Positions 50,146 through 60,111 are shown, numbered from the stretch's first letter. The stretch is DNA of 64,000 nucleotides from an uncultured delta proteobacterium (GCA_963843145.1 CAWJJC010000005.1:128001-192000); one strand, 5' to 3'. Numbers and translations are program-made. The notes: a model not told the origin generated them from the sequence alone.

Positions 50146-51303
50146 ATGCAATATAGTCTGACCGAAGAACAGCTCATGCTGAAGGATATGATCGGCCGAC
50201 TGGCCAAGGAAAAGATCGCCCCCGGAGCGGCGGAACGGGACGAAAAAGGAGAATTCGCCGCGGACATGGTGGAACTGCTTCGGGAAAACGGCCTTTTCGC
50301 CGCCGATTTTCCCAAGGAGTACGGCGGGGAGGAAATGGGACTCCTCTCCCTGTGCCTGATTATCGAGGAAGTAGCCAAGGCCTGCGCCTCCACCTCGCTC
50401 ATCCTGGCCGTCCATGAACTGGGCACCATGCCCATCTTTTTGGCCGGGAACAAGGAACAGAAGGATAAATACTTCCCCAAATTGGCGACGGGTGAATACC
50501 TGGCGGCCTTTGGTCTGACCGAACCGAATGCCGGCTCCGATGTGTCCGGCCTGACCACCAAGGCCGTGCGGGACGGAAATTATTATGTCCTCGACGGGAG
50601 AAAAATTTTTATTTCCCACGGGGACGTGGCTCAGGTGGTTTGTATAGCCGCCAAGACCAATCTGGAAGTTCCCGGCCACAAGGGAATCAGCATGTTTATC
50701 GTGGAAAAAGGTACCCCGGGCTTTACCATCGGCAAGCATGAGAATAAAATGGGGATCCGGGGCTCCTCCACGGTGGAGCTCATCCTGGAGGAGGTGCGGG
50801 TGCCCAAGGAAAACCTGCTCGGACAGGAAGGAATGGGCTTTAACATCCTGATGAAAACCCTGGATTTCACCCGCATCCCGGTAGCCGCCCAGGCCCTGGG
50901 CATCGCTCAAGGGGCCTTGGACTACGCGATCAACTACACCAAGGAACGCGTCCAGTTTGGGAAACCTGTTTTTGCCAATCAGGGCATTCAATGGATGATC
51001 GCCGAAATGGCCGCCAAGCTGGAGGCGGCCCGCCAACTCACCTACAAGACCGCCGCGCTCTACCAGACCTTTCCCAAAAACTTAGACCGGATGACGGCCG
51101 AAGCCGTTCGCTATTCGGCCATGTGCAAGATGTTGGCCGCCGATACGGCCATGAGTGTGACCACCGATTGCGTCCAGTTGTTGGGCGGCTACGGCTTTAT
51201 CAAGGAATATCCGGTGGAACGGATGATGCGGGACGCCAAGATCACCCAAATCTACGAAGGCACCTCGCAGGTGCAAAAGATGGTGATCGCCTCCACCCTC
51301 TAA
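50146..51303 (+). CDS. Acyl-CoA dehydrogenase
   Basis: FGLTEPNAGSD, KMGIRGS, RVQFGK, LGGYG, QIYEGT. Confidence 0.94.
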   Translation: MQYSLTEEQLMLKDMIGRLAKEKIAPGAAERDEKGEFAADMVELLRENGLFAADFPKEYGGEEMGLLSLCLIIEEVAKACASTSLILAVHELGTMPIFLAGNKEQKDKYFPKLATGEYLAAFGLTEPNAGSDVSGLTTKAVRDGNYYVLDGRKIFISHGDVAQVVCIAAKTNLEVPGHKGISMFIVEKGTPGFTIGKHENKMGIRGSSTVELILEEVRVPKENLLGQEGMGFNILMKTLDFTRIPVAAQALGIAQGALDYAINYTKERVQFGKPVFANQGIQWMIAEMAAKLEAARQLTYKTAALYQTFPKNLDRMTAEAVRYSAMCKMLAADTAMSVTTDCVQLLGGYGFIKEYPVERMMRDAKITQIYEGTSQVQKMVIASTL

Positions 51304-51578
51304 GCGCAAAGCGCGGAGCGTAGGGCGCGGAGCGTTTTTTAAAATGGGCTCAAAATAGAAACAACGCCCTGAAGCGTCATTCCCGCGACGCTTCTGAGCG
51401 GGAATCCAGGATTTTCTTAAGGAACATTGGATCCCCGACAAAGACATTCGGGGATGACGAGAATTTACTTTTTTATGAATTCTTGCTTATCATTCCGGCT
51501 TTGTTTTTTGCACTCTGCGCCTCGCGCCCTGCACTCCGAGCTCCGCGCCTTGCGCCTTCCGCCTCACAGATTTTAGAT

Positions 51579-52463
51579 ATGGAAATGATCCTGCAAATCA
51601 TTGTCAGCGGGCTGGCCACGGGCGGCGTTTACGGATTGATCGGCCTGGGCTTTGTGCTGATCTACAAGGCCACCAGTGTTTTGAACCTGGCCATGGGCGA
51701 TTTTATGACCCTGGGGGCCTTTATCTGCCTGACCGTGCTGGAAAAATTTCAGGCCCCCTTTTATGTGGCCTTTTTGGTTACCCTGCTGTGCGCCTTTATC
51801 ATTGGGATAACCGTGGAACGACTTATTCTCCGACCGCTGATCGGGGAACCGGTCATTTCCGTTATCATGGTCACCATCGGTTTGGGGGTGTTTTTGCGGG
51901 GGATCATGTACATGGTCTGGACCCCTGTCTTTCGCAGTTTTCCGGAGATCTTCCCCCCCCAACCACTTAACCTGGGATTTGCCATTGTCCCCTCCGGTCT
52001 GCTCTGGGGGTTTATCTTTGCCGTCATCGGGACCTTTGTCTTTTTGTTCATTTTTAAATTTTCCCGGACCGGGGTGGCCATGCGAGCCACAGCTAATGAC
52101 CAGCAGGCCGCCCAATCCATGGGCATCAGCGTCCGCTGGGTCTTTGCCCTGGCCTGGAGTTTCGGCGCCGTCGCTTCGGTAATCGGCGGAATCGTCGTCG
52201 GGAACCTCTCCGGTATCAGCGTCTACATGGGGGACATCGGGCTCAAGGTGCTGGCCGTCATCATTTTAGGCGGACTGGACAGCATCGGCGGCGCTATCCT
52301 GGGGGGATTTATTATCGGGGTCCTGGAAAACCTGGCCGGGTTCTATATCGATCCCCTGGTCGGCGGCGGCATAAAAAACGTGGCTCCTTTCTTTATCCTG
52401 GTGATCATCCTGATGATCCGCCCTTACGGGCTGTTCGGCAAAAAGCTGATTGAGCGGGTTTAG
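51579..52463 (+). CDS. Branched-chain amino acid-type ABC permease (LivH-like)
   Basis: YGLIGLGFVLIYKAT..NLAMG, GVAMRA, ILGGLDS, RPYGLFG. Confidence 0.9.
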   Translation: MEMILQIIVSGLATGGVYGLIGLGFVLIYKATSVLNLAMGDFMTLGAFICLTVLEKFQAPFYVAFLVTLLCAFIIGITVERLILRPLIGEPVISVIMVTIGLGVFLRGIMYMVWTPVFRSFPEIFPPQPLNLGFAIVPSGLLWGFIFAVIGTFVFLFIFKFSRTGVAMRATANDQQAAQSMGISVRWVFALAWSFGAVASVIGGIVVGNLSGISVYMGDIGLKVLAVIILGGLDSIGGAILGGFIIGVLENLAGFYIDPLVGGGIKNVAPFFILVIILMIRPYGLFGKKLIERV

Positions 52464-52468
52464 AGCTG

Positions 52469-53512
52469 ATGCGCTGCGGTGATTTTAAAGAATCGTATAT
52501 TCAGGACGACGCTATTTTTCAGTCCGGACCCGTCAAGTTTTTTCTGGCCCTTTTTTTCGTTTTCCTCCTGATCTTTCCCTTCGTGGCCAATGCCTATATG
52601 CTTTACCTGGCCAACATGATCGGGTTTGCTGTCATCGGGGCCGTGGGTTTGAACCTGCTCACCGGCTTTACCGGACAAATATCGCTGGGCCACTCGGCCT
52701 TTATCGGAGTAGGGGCCTATACCTCAGCCATCCTGATCACCCGCTTAGGCTTCTCTTTCTGGCTATCGCTGCCCTTCGCCGGCCTGGTCTCAGCCCTGGC
52801 CGGTCTGATTATCGGACTCCCGTCCCTAAGGGTCAAAGGCCTGTATCTGTGCATCGCCACTTTGGCTTCCCAGTTCATTCTGGAATTTATTTTTGTGCAC
52901 TGGGAATCCCTGACCAAGGGGATCGCCGGTATTCACCTCCCGGCGCCTCAGATCGGCGGTTTTGTTTTTTCCACGGAAAGAAAGTTTTATTGGATTACCC
53001 TGTTTTTTGTCATCATCGCCGTGGCCTATGCCCGGAACCTGGTTCGGTCCCGCATGGGCCGGGCCTTTGTGGCCATCCGGGACCGGGACTTATCGGCCGA
53101 AATTATCGGCATCGATCTACTACGTTATAAATTGAGCGCCTTCGCCATCAGTTCCTTCTACGCCGGTGTAGCCGGGGCCCTCTGGGTGAGTTTTCTGAAG
53201 GTGGTCACTCCGGAACATTTTCCCTTTATCCTCAGCATCCAGTTCCTGGCCATGGTCATCATTGGTGGTTTGGGCAGCATCCTGGGCTCGATCTTCGGCG
53301 CCGTATTCATGACCATTGTCCCCGAATTTTTGGGTTATATGGCCTCGGTGGTGAAAACGCTGGCTCCCGGGTATGATCAGTTATTCATTCCGATGAAAGA
53401 GGTGATTTTTGGGGGGCTGATCATCGTTTTCCTGATTTTTGAGCCTCATGGCCTGGCGGAAATATGGAACCGCGTTAAGAGCGTCTTCCGCCTTTGGCCG
53501 TTTTCGTATTAG
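52469..53512 (+). CDS. Branched-chain amino acid-type ABC permease (LivM-like)
   Basis: GLNLLTGFTGQISLGH, GRAFVAIRD, MVIIGGLGS. Confidence 0.9.
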   Translation: MRCGDFKESYIQDDAIFQSGPVKFFLALFFVFLLIFPFVANAYMLYLANMIGFAVIGAVGLNLLTGFTGQISLGHSAFIGVGAYTSAILITRLGFSFWLSLPFAGLVSALAGLIIGLPSLRVKGLYLCIATLASQFILEFIFVHWESLTKGIAGIHLPAPQIGGFVFSTERKFYWITLFFVIIAVAYARNLVRSRMGRAFVAIRDRDLSAEIIGIDLLRYKLSAFAISSFYAGVAGALWVSFLKVVTPEHFPFILSIQFLAMVIIGGLGSILGSIFGAVFMTIVPEFLGYMASVVKTLAPGYDQLFIPMKEVIFGGLIIVFLIFEPHGLAEIWNRVKSVFRLWPFSY

Positions 53513-53768
53513 ACCCGCATGCCCAGAGGTGGACACCCCGAATCATGAGAATATTCCAAGGTTTTGTTTTTCGTAGTGCCGGCGACCCCGCCGGCCGGCT
53601 GGGTGAGGGCTAAGGGTCCCTGCTCATCCGAGGTAAGGCCACAGCGAAGGTGGCCAAATCCGGGCACGGTTTGGGCAGGCAGGGATCGCCGCCCCTACGA
53701 AAGACCACTTCGCCATTCGATATTCGGTGTTCGATATTCGTTATTCGTATTCTTTATTTGTGGACTAA
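53510..53768 (+). mobile_element. Shell repeat copy L with GTAG-type REP cargo
   Basis: Starts at the livM stop (TTTTCGTATTAG|ACCCGCATGCCC...GAATCATGAGAAT); cargo homologous to copy K. Confidence 0.7.
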
Positions 53769-53856
53769 GGGTTCTGCGAAAGGGGGGATTATTTTTTAAA
53801 CCATCAGGCCCAACGAGACTTCAAAGCTAACCTTAAACAAGAAGGGGGAAACTTTT

Positions 53857-55026
53857 ATGAAAAAGGCACTTAGGATCGTTATGGTTATGGTGATGGCCCT
53901 GGGCGTCTATCAGGTCAGCCAGGCCCAACAGACTTACACCTTGGGGGCGGTTCATCCTTTTACCGGCCGGTTTGCCTTCGCCGGCATCATGGGGCAAGAC
54001 GGCATGAAAGACGCCGTGGACATGGCCAATGAGGCCGGGGGCATCAACGGGAAAAAACTGCAGTATTTCTGGAAAGACGGCGAATACAAGGATGACGTGG
54101 GGATCGCCGCTTTCAAGAGCCTCTATGCCCAGTACAAGCCCCAGATCATGTGGGGCCAGAGCACGGGTATGACCAAGGCCCTGGGGCCGGAAATCAAGGA
54201 TCGTTATAAGGTGCTCTACTCGGCCTACACCTTTGCCGACGTAGCAGCCAATCCTAAGGAAAACCCCTATCTGTTTATTCCCGGTCCGACCTATGCCGAA
54301 CAATTCGCCGTACTGCTCAATTACATTGCCAAACGAAAACCCGGGGCCAACGTCGCCTTCTTTTACGGCGACTATGAATTCGGCCGGGAGCCCATACCCT
54401 TTGCCCGGGAGTACGCCAAGAAACTGGGTTTGAAGGTTGTGGCCGAAGAAGTGACCAAGGCGGGCGGGGTGGACGTGACCACAAATATCCTGGACATGAA
54501 GCAGAAAAACGTGGAATTCTGCATCTTCCAAGGTTATATCGCCGATCCCATCCAGAACGTCATCAAGCAGTCCAAGGATTACGGGTTAAAATGCCAGTTC
54601 ATGGGCACTTTCTGGTCCACGGAAAAGCAGCTTCTTGACCTGTTGGGTCCCCTGGCCGATGAATACATCGGAGTGACCGCCTATTCCTTTTACTATCAGG
54701 ACCAGTACCCGATGATCAAAAAGATTCGGGAATGGACTCAGAAGCACAATCCCAAACAGGCAGAATACCGCACTCAAGCCTATATGCAGGTTTTCATGGG
54801 CACTACTTTGATGATCGAGGCCCTCAAGCGGGCGGACAAGGCCGGCCCGGTGACCGGGGAAAGTTTGGTCAAGGCCCTTCAGTCCATCAAAAATTTCGAT
54901 GTGGGCGGGTTGATGCCGCCGGTGACCATCAAGGGTAATAGCATCCCCGTAGGGCGGGTCGTGCGCGGGAACTCCAAAACTCACCGCTTTGACCCCATCA
55001 CGGATTGGATCATTCTGGACCTGTAA
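53857..55026 (+). CDS. ABC substrate-binding protein (LivK-like)
   Basis: Signal peptide, TGRFAFAG, NEAGGINGKKL, D.EYK. Confidence 0.88.
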   Translation: MKKALRIVMVMVMALGVYQVSQAQQTYTLGAVHPFTGRFAFAGIMGQDGMKDAVDMANEAGGINGKKLQYFWKDGEYKDDVGIAAFKSLYAQYKPQIMWGQSTGMTKALGPEIKDRYKVLYSAYTFADVAANPKENPYLFIPGPTYAEQFAVLLNYIAKRKPGANVAFFYGDYEFGREPIPFAREYAKKLGLKVVAEEVTKAGGVDVTTNILDMKQKNVEFCIFQGYIADPIQNVIKQSKDYGLKCQFMGTFWSTEKQLLDLLGPLADEYIGVTAYSFYYQDQYPMIKKIREWTQKHNPKQAEYRTQAYMQVFMGTTLMIEALKRADKAGPVTGESLVKALQSIKNFDVGGLMPPVTIKGNSIPVGRVVRGNSKTHRFDPITDWIILDL

Positions 55027-55111
55027 GGGTGTAGGGTACAGGGTTTAGGGTGTAGGGAACACGGAGGGGAATTCCCCTCAACCCTACCCCCTACACCCCA
55101 AACCCTCAATT

Positions 55112-57031
55112 ATGGCGAAAATGACTGAACCCATTAAAACCCTGCCCGGCCTGCTGAAACGGAATGCCCGGGAGTTCGGGCCGGATAAAGTGGCCCTGCG
55201 CGAGAAGGAATTCGGGATTTGGCAGTCCGTTTCCTGGCAGGATTATTTCGACCGGGTACGCTGCCTGGCCCTGGGGCTGGTGGAACTCGGCTACGAGAAA
55301 GGCGATAAACTTTCGGTGATTGGAGACAACCGCCCGGAGTGGCTTTACTCGGAATTGGCCATCCAGGCCTTAGGGGGGGCCGTGGTCGGCATCTACCCTG
55401 ACAGCCACCTCGAGCAGGTCCGCTATATCATCGACCACTCCGATTCGATGTTCATCATGGTGGAGGACCAGGAACAGACCGACAAGATCTTGAACATGAT
55501 CGATGAGCTCCCCAAGGTAAAGAAAGTCATCGTGGATGACCAGAAAGGGATGCGCCGCTACGACCACCCGCTGCTCATTCCTTTCAAACAGGTCCTGGAG
55601 ATGGGCCGGGAGGCCGACCGGACAGATCCCGGCCTTTTTGACCAGTTGCTGTCTCAGGTCAGCGAAGAAGACGTGGCCATGATCCTTTATACCTCGGGGA
55701 CGACGGGCCTGCCCAAAGGGGTGATGCTCACCCACCGCAATATGGTCCGGATGATCGAAAACTTCGATCAGGTGGACCCGGCCTTCCCGACCGACAACCA
55801 CGTTTCTTTCCTGCCCTTGCCCTGGGTGGGCGAACAGGCCACGGCCGTGGCCTGGAACCTGTACAAGGGCGTGACCATTAATTTCCCTGAAAAAGTGGAA
55901 ACCGTTTCCGTGGACATTCGGGACATTGGTCCGAACCTCCTGTTGGCGCCCCCCCGCCACTGGGAAAAGATGTGTTCAGACATCCAGGTCAAGATCCAGG
56001 ACGCGGCCTGGATCAAGCGCATTCTTTACAAAAGCTGCATGCCCGTCGGCTACCGGATGGCAGCCTTACGACTGAAAGGGACCCGACCCGGGATCCTTTA
56101 CACCCTGCTAGATAAAATGTGTTATCTGCTGCTGTTCCGTTCCCTGAAAAATTACCTGGGGCTGACTAATTTACGAAATGTCTACACTGGGGGCGCCCCC
56201 ATCGGGCCGGAGGTTTTTAATTTTTTCATGGCCCTGGGCATCAACATCAAACAGCTTTACGGACAGACCGAAGTCACCGGACTGGCCGTGGGACACCGCA
56301 ATGAAAGCGTAAAATTGAATACCGTCGGCTCCCCCATGCCGGAAGTGGAACTGAAGATATCCGATGTGGGGGAAATCCTGATCAAAGGGCCTATCGTATT
56401 CAAAGGCTACTACAAGAACGAGGAGGCCACCCGCAAAACCCTGGACGCGGAAGGGTGGGTCCATACCGGCGATGAAGGCCTCTTGGATGAAGACGGCCAA
56501 CTCATCATGATCGACCGGCAGAAGGACGTCATGCGCCTGGGCGACGGCAGCAAATTTTCTCCTCAACTTATCGAGAACAAGCTGAAATTCAGCCCCTATA
56601 TCAACGAAGCCATGGTGGTGGGCAAGGACCGCCCTTACATCGCCGCCCTGATCATCATGGATCTGGGCAACATGGGCAAGTGGGCTGAAAACAACAAATT
56701 GACCTTTACCACCTTTACCGACCTTTCCCAGAAGCCGGAGATCTATGACCTGATCGCGGAGGAAATCCGACGAATCGACCAGTCCCTGCCCAAGGTCGCC
56801 CGGGTAAAGCGGTTCGTGATGCTCTATAAGGAATTGGATGCCGACGACGACGAGATGACCCGAACCCGTAAGCTCCGGCGGGGCTTCGTAGCCGAACGCT
56901 ACGCCCATCTGATCGAGGCCCTTTACGAAGACCAGGAGGAACTGGCGGTGGAGGCCGAAATCCGCTATCAGGACGGGACTGGGTTTACTATGAAGACCCG
57001 GGTTAAAATCAAAGAGGTCCAGATCGATTGA
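55112..57031 (+). CDS. Long-chain acyl-CoA synthetase (AMP-binding)
   Basis: YTSGTTGLPKG, YGQTE, WVHTGD, TRTRKLRR. Confidence 0.92.
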   Translation: MAKMTEPIKTLPGLLKRNAREFGPDKVALREKEFGIWQSVSWQDYFDRVRCLALGLVELGYEKGDKLSVIGDNRPEWLYSELAIQALGGAVVGIYPDSHLEQVRYIIDHSDSMFIMVEDQEQTDKILNMIDELPKVKKVIVDDQKGMRRYDHPLLIPFKQVLEMGREADRTDPGLFDQLLSQVSEEDVAMILYTSGTTGLPKGVMLTHRNMVRMIENFDQVDPAFPTDNHVSFLPLPWVGEQATAVAWNLYKGVTINFPEKVETVSVDIRDIGPNLLLAPPRHWEKMCSDIQVKIQDAAWIKRILYKSCMPVGYRMAALRLKGTRPGILYTLLDKMCYLLLFRSLKNYLGLTNLRNVYTGGAPIGPEVFNFFMALGINIKQLYGQTEVTGLAVGHRNESVKLNTVGSPMPEVELKISDVGEILIKGPIVFKGYYKNEEATRKTLDAEGWVHTGDEGLLDEDGQLIMIDRQKDVMRLGDGSKFSPQLIENKLKFSPYINEAMVVGKDRPYIAALIIMDLGNMGKWAENNKLTFTTFTDLSQKPEIYDLIAEEIRRIDQSLPKVARVKRFVMLYKELDADDDEMTRTRKLRRGFVAERYAHLIEALYEDQEELAVEAEIRYQDGTGFTMKTRVKIKEVQID

Positions 57032-57073
57032 CAAACACCATCAGCCGGACTTTTGGCGAAGATACCCAGAATA

Positions 57074-57898
57074 ATGATCCAAACTAAAAACCCTTATTCT
57101 CCCGATGAATACCAGTTGATCCTGGAGGATATTTCCCTGACCTTTGGGGGGATCAACGCCCTTTCCGGGGTCAGCACCGGGGTAAAAAAGGGAGAAATCT
57201 TCGCCATTATCGGACCCAATGGGGCCGGGAAAACCTGTATCCTCAACTGCATCAACCGCTTCTATCATCCGGACCCGGGGCGGATCCTTTTTGAGGGCCG
57301 GGAGATCACCAAGATCAAGGCCCATAAAATCGCTAAACTGGGAATCGCCCGGACCTTCCAGAATGTGGAGCTTTTCGGCCACATGACCGTTATGGACAAT
57401 ATTAAACTCGGACGCCATGTCCATCTGAAGTCCGGTTTTCTCTCCGGTGGGATTTATTACGGCAAAACGCGACGGGAAGAGATGGCGCTGCGGAAAGAGA
57501 TCGAGGAAACCATCATCGATCTGTTGGAAATCGAGGCTATCCGCAAACGGACCGTCCATACCCTGCCTTACGGGCTGCAGAAGCGGGTGGAGCTGGCTCG
57601 GGCCTTGGCCATGAAGCCCAAGCTGCTCCTGCTGGACGAACCGGCCACCGGCATGAACCTGGAGGAAACGGAAGACATGGCCCGCTTCATCCTGGACATC
57701 AACGATGAATGGGGAGTGACCATTATCCTGATCGAACACGACATGGGTATGGTTATGGACATCAGCGACCGGATCTGCGTCCTCGATTTCGGGCGCAAAA
57801 TTGCCGAGGGTCCTCCCCAGGAAATCCGGCACCATCCGCAGGTCATTCAGGCTTATCTGGGCGAAGAAACGCTGGCCTATTCGCGGTTGGGCGCCTGA
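57074..57898 (+). CDS. ABC ATP-binding protein (LivG-like)
   Basis: GPNGAGKT, ARTFQN, LPYGLQKRVELARAL, IEHDM. Confidence 0.92.
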   Translation: MIQTKNPYSPDEYQLILEDISLTFGGINALSGVSTGVKKGEIFAIIGPNGAGKTCILNCINRFYHPDPGRILFEGREITKIKAHKIAKLGIARTFQNVELFGHMTVMDNIKLGRHVHLKSGFLSGGIYYGKTRREEMALRKEIEETIIDLLEIEAIRKRTVHTLPYGLQKRVELARALAMKPKLLLLDEPATGMNLEETEDMARFILDINDEWGVTIILIEHDMGMVMDISDRICVLDFGRKIAEGPPQEIRHHPQVIQAYLGEETLAYSRLGA

Positions 57899-58035
57899 TT
57901 GCAGGCCAAAGGATCGAGGAACAAGGATAAGAGATGACCACACGGGTTTCGCTGATGTTTCGATTCAGAATCGGCTCTTTGCCCTTCCTCCTGACTCCTT
58001 TACCCTTTATCCTCGAACCTTAAACCGGTTTTTTT

Positions 58036-58839
58036 ATGGAACCTTTACTGGTCGTCAACAACATCGAGGTCATCTACCATAACGTCATCCTGGTCTTGAA
58101 AGGGCTTTCCCTGCAGGTCCAGGAAGGTCAGATCGTGACCGTCCTGGGCAGCAACGGGGCCGGGAAGACCACCACCCTCAAAGCCATCTCCGGCTTGCTG
58201 AAGTCCGAAGACGGGGCCGTAACCGACGGGAGCATCACCTTCCTGGGTCAGCGAATCGACCGCCTCTACCCCGAGCAGATCGTCCGGAGAGGCATTTTCC
58301 AGGTCATGGAAGGCCGCCGGGTTTTCGACGAATTGAATATCGAGGAAAACCTGATCGCCGGGGCCCACACCAATAAGAATAAAAAGAAGATGAAAGACGA
58401 CATCGAGGTCGTTTACCACTACTTCCCCCGGTTAAAGCAGCGCCGCACCGTTCAGGCCGGCTATATCAGCGGCGGGGAGCAGCAGATGCTGGTCATCGGC
58501 CGCTGTCTCATGGCCAACCCCAAACTGATGCTGCTGGACGAACCCTCCATGGGCCTGGCCCCCTTGTTGGTGGCCGAGATCTTCGAGATCATCAAGCGGA
58601 TCAACCGGGAGCGGGGGGTGACCATCCTGCTGGTGGAACAGAATGCCCGTCTGGCCCTCTCCATTGCCCACCACGGGTACGTGATGGAAACCGGAAGGAT
58701 CGTCCTCGACGACACGGTGGAGAAACTAAGGGAAAACGCCGACATCAAAGAATTTTATCTCGGTCTGACCGAGGTGGGGAAAACCAAAAGCTACCGGGAC
58801 GTGAAGCATTATAAGCGCCGCAAGCGCTGGCTGGCCTAA
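58036..58839 (+). CDS. ABC ATP-binding protein (LivF-like)
   Basis: GSNGAGKTT, SGGEQQML, DEPSMGLAP, VEQN. Confidence 0.92.
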   Translation: MEPLLVVNNIEVIYHNVILVLKGLSLQVQEGQIVTVLGSNGAGKTTTLKAISGLLKSEDGAVTDGSITFLGQRIDRLYPEQIVRRGIFQVMEGRRVFDELNIEENLIAGAHTNKNKKKMKDDIEVVYHYFPRLKQRRTVQAGYISGGEQQMLVIGRCLMANPKLMLLDEPSMGLAPLLVAEIFEIIKRINRERGVTILLVEQNARLALSIAHHGYVMETGRIVLDDTVEKLRENADIKEFYLGLTEVGKTKSYRDVKHYKRRKRWLA

Positions 58840-58920
58840 AACTGTTGTGATTCGTTTTGATTCCGCCCCCCTCACCAGGGCCATAACCAGCCCAGACCAG
58901 AAAAAAGAGCAACCGGCCAG

Positions 58921-59170
58921 GGTGATCAGGCTGAATCCGGAATAGGTGGTTTACCGAAATTTGACCAGGAAGGAGAGGCGAAGTCGTTGGTCAGGTCGCC
59001 AATTAGATTCGCAAGGGGCTGGCGGCCGTCCCGTTAATCGACATTGCATAGAGGCGAGCGAACGCCCCGGTATACCGTCCGGGCCGACCTGGGATGGCGG
59101 TGATCGTACTTGGCACGGCAATAGGCCAGACGATGATCACAATGACCACATCAGTTCAATCGGAAAACTG
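58921..59170 (-). pseudogene. Degenerate tandem copy of the pilin gene at 59345-59692
   Basis: Shares TTGACCAGGAAGGAGAGGCGAAG, GCCGTCCCGTTAATCGA, ACGGCAATAG and ATCAGTTCAATC, in the same order, with many small deletions. Confidence 0.65.
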
Positions 59171-59344
59171 GGTCAACTTTTCATTCGCCCCATGATGGTA
59201 AAGCAGTCCCTAGAATAAGGGGTATTTTCCACCTGGCGCCAACAGAATGGAAACCAAATGGAAGGCCCGCAGCGAATAAAAGAACAAAAAGAAAAGGGGC
59301 CTCCAGTTGACCCTGAAGGCCCTTCGAAAAGGTGATAAACGGGT

Positions 59345-59692
59345 TTAGTTGGCGGTTATCGTGGCCGGGGTAGTCCAGGTCCAGGTATAGGTGGTTGTAC
59401 CGATCAATTTTGACCAGGAAGGAGAGGCGAAGGTCAGGTTGGTCGTGTCCGCCAATTGAGCATTCGCCAAGGCGGCCGTGGGGGCCGTCCCGTTAATCGA
59501 GCATTGGGCATAAGACAGCGCGGCCGCGGCCCGCAACGCCCCGGTTATCCCGTCCCGGGCCGCCAACTGGGCGCTGTCGCGCAGATCCAGGTACTTGGGG
59601 ACGGCAATAGCCGCCAGGATCCCGATGATGACGATAACGACGATCAGTTCAATCATGGTAAAACCTTGGTTGTTCTTCAATCCCTTTTTCAT
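59345..59692 (-). CDS. Short type IV major pilin (MshA/PilA-like)
   Basis: G/FTMIELIVVIVIIGILAAIAVPKYLDL; strong RBS GGGAGGA. Confidence 0.9.
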   Translation of the reverse strand: MKKGLKNNQGFTMIELIVVIVIIGILAAIAVPKYLDLRDSAQLAARDGITGALRAAAALSYAQCSINGTAPTAALANAQLADTTNLTFASPSWSKLIGTTTYTWTWTTPATITAN

Positions 59693-59742
59693 TTTTTACT
59701 TCCTCCCTTTTTATTTTGTTTTTTTGAATTACAAATTATTGA

Positions 59743-60111
59743 TCAGGATGACGGATCGCTGATCGTGGCCGGAAACGTGTACCCCCAGGTATATACGGTA
59801 CCGTTAATCGTTGCCTGAAAATTGTCCCCGGCCAGCGTTATTCCTCCCGGAACCTCCAAGGCCTGATATACCGAACTCGCGCTCAGCGCCCCGACGGTGT
59901 TATTGACCGCCGCCTGGGCATAAGCCAATGAGGCCGCCGACCGCAGGTTCGAGGTCATCCCGTCCCGAACGGAACGCTGGGCTTGGGCCTGTAAATCCAT
60001 AAACCGGGGTACGGCTATGGCGGCTAAAATCCCGATAATTACGATCACCACGATCAGTTCGATCATGGTGAACCCCTGATCGAAGCAGCCATTTTTCTGT
60101 TTCAAGGCCAT
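59743..60111 (-). CDS. Second type IV pilin (paralogue)
   Basis: G/FTMIELIVVIVIIGILAAIAVPRFMDL. Confidence 0.88.
   Translation of the reverse strand: MALKQKNGCFDQGFTMIELIVVIVIIGILAAIAVPRFMDLQAQAQRSVRDGMTSNLRSAASLAYAQAAVNNTVGALSASSVYQALEVPGGITLAGDNFQATINGTVYTWGYTFPATISDPSS

Noticed and set aside
1982-53768. Shell repeats as integron attC sites or CRISPR repeats
   Set aside because: No RYYYAAC/GTTRRRY core pair, no integrase or cas genes, mixed orientations, irregular spacing and repeat-derived interiors.
50125-57943. Long antisense ORFs (50125-51036, 53833-54531, 56171-57034, 57041-57943)
   Set aside because: Shadows of well-supported plus-strand genes, expected from GC-rich codon bias.
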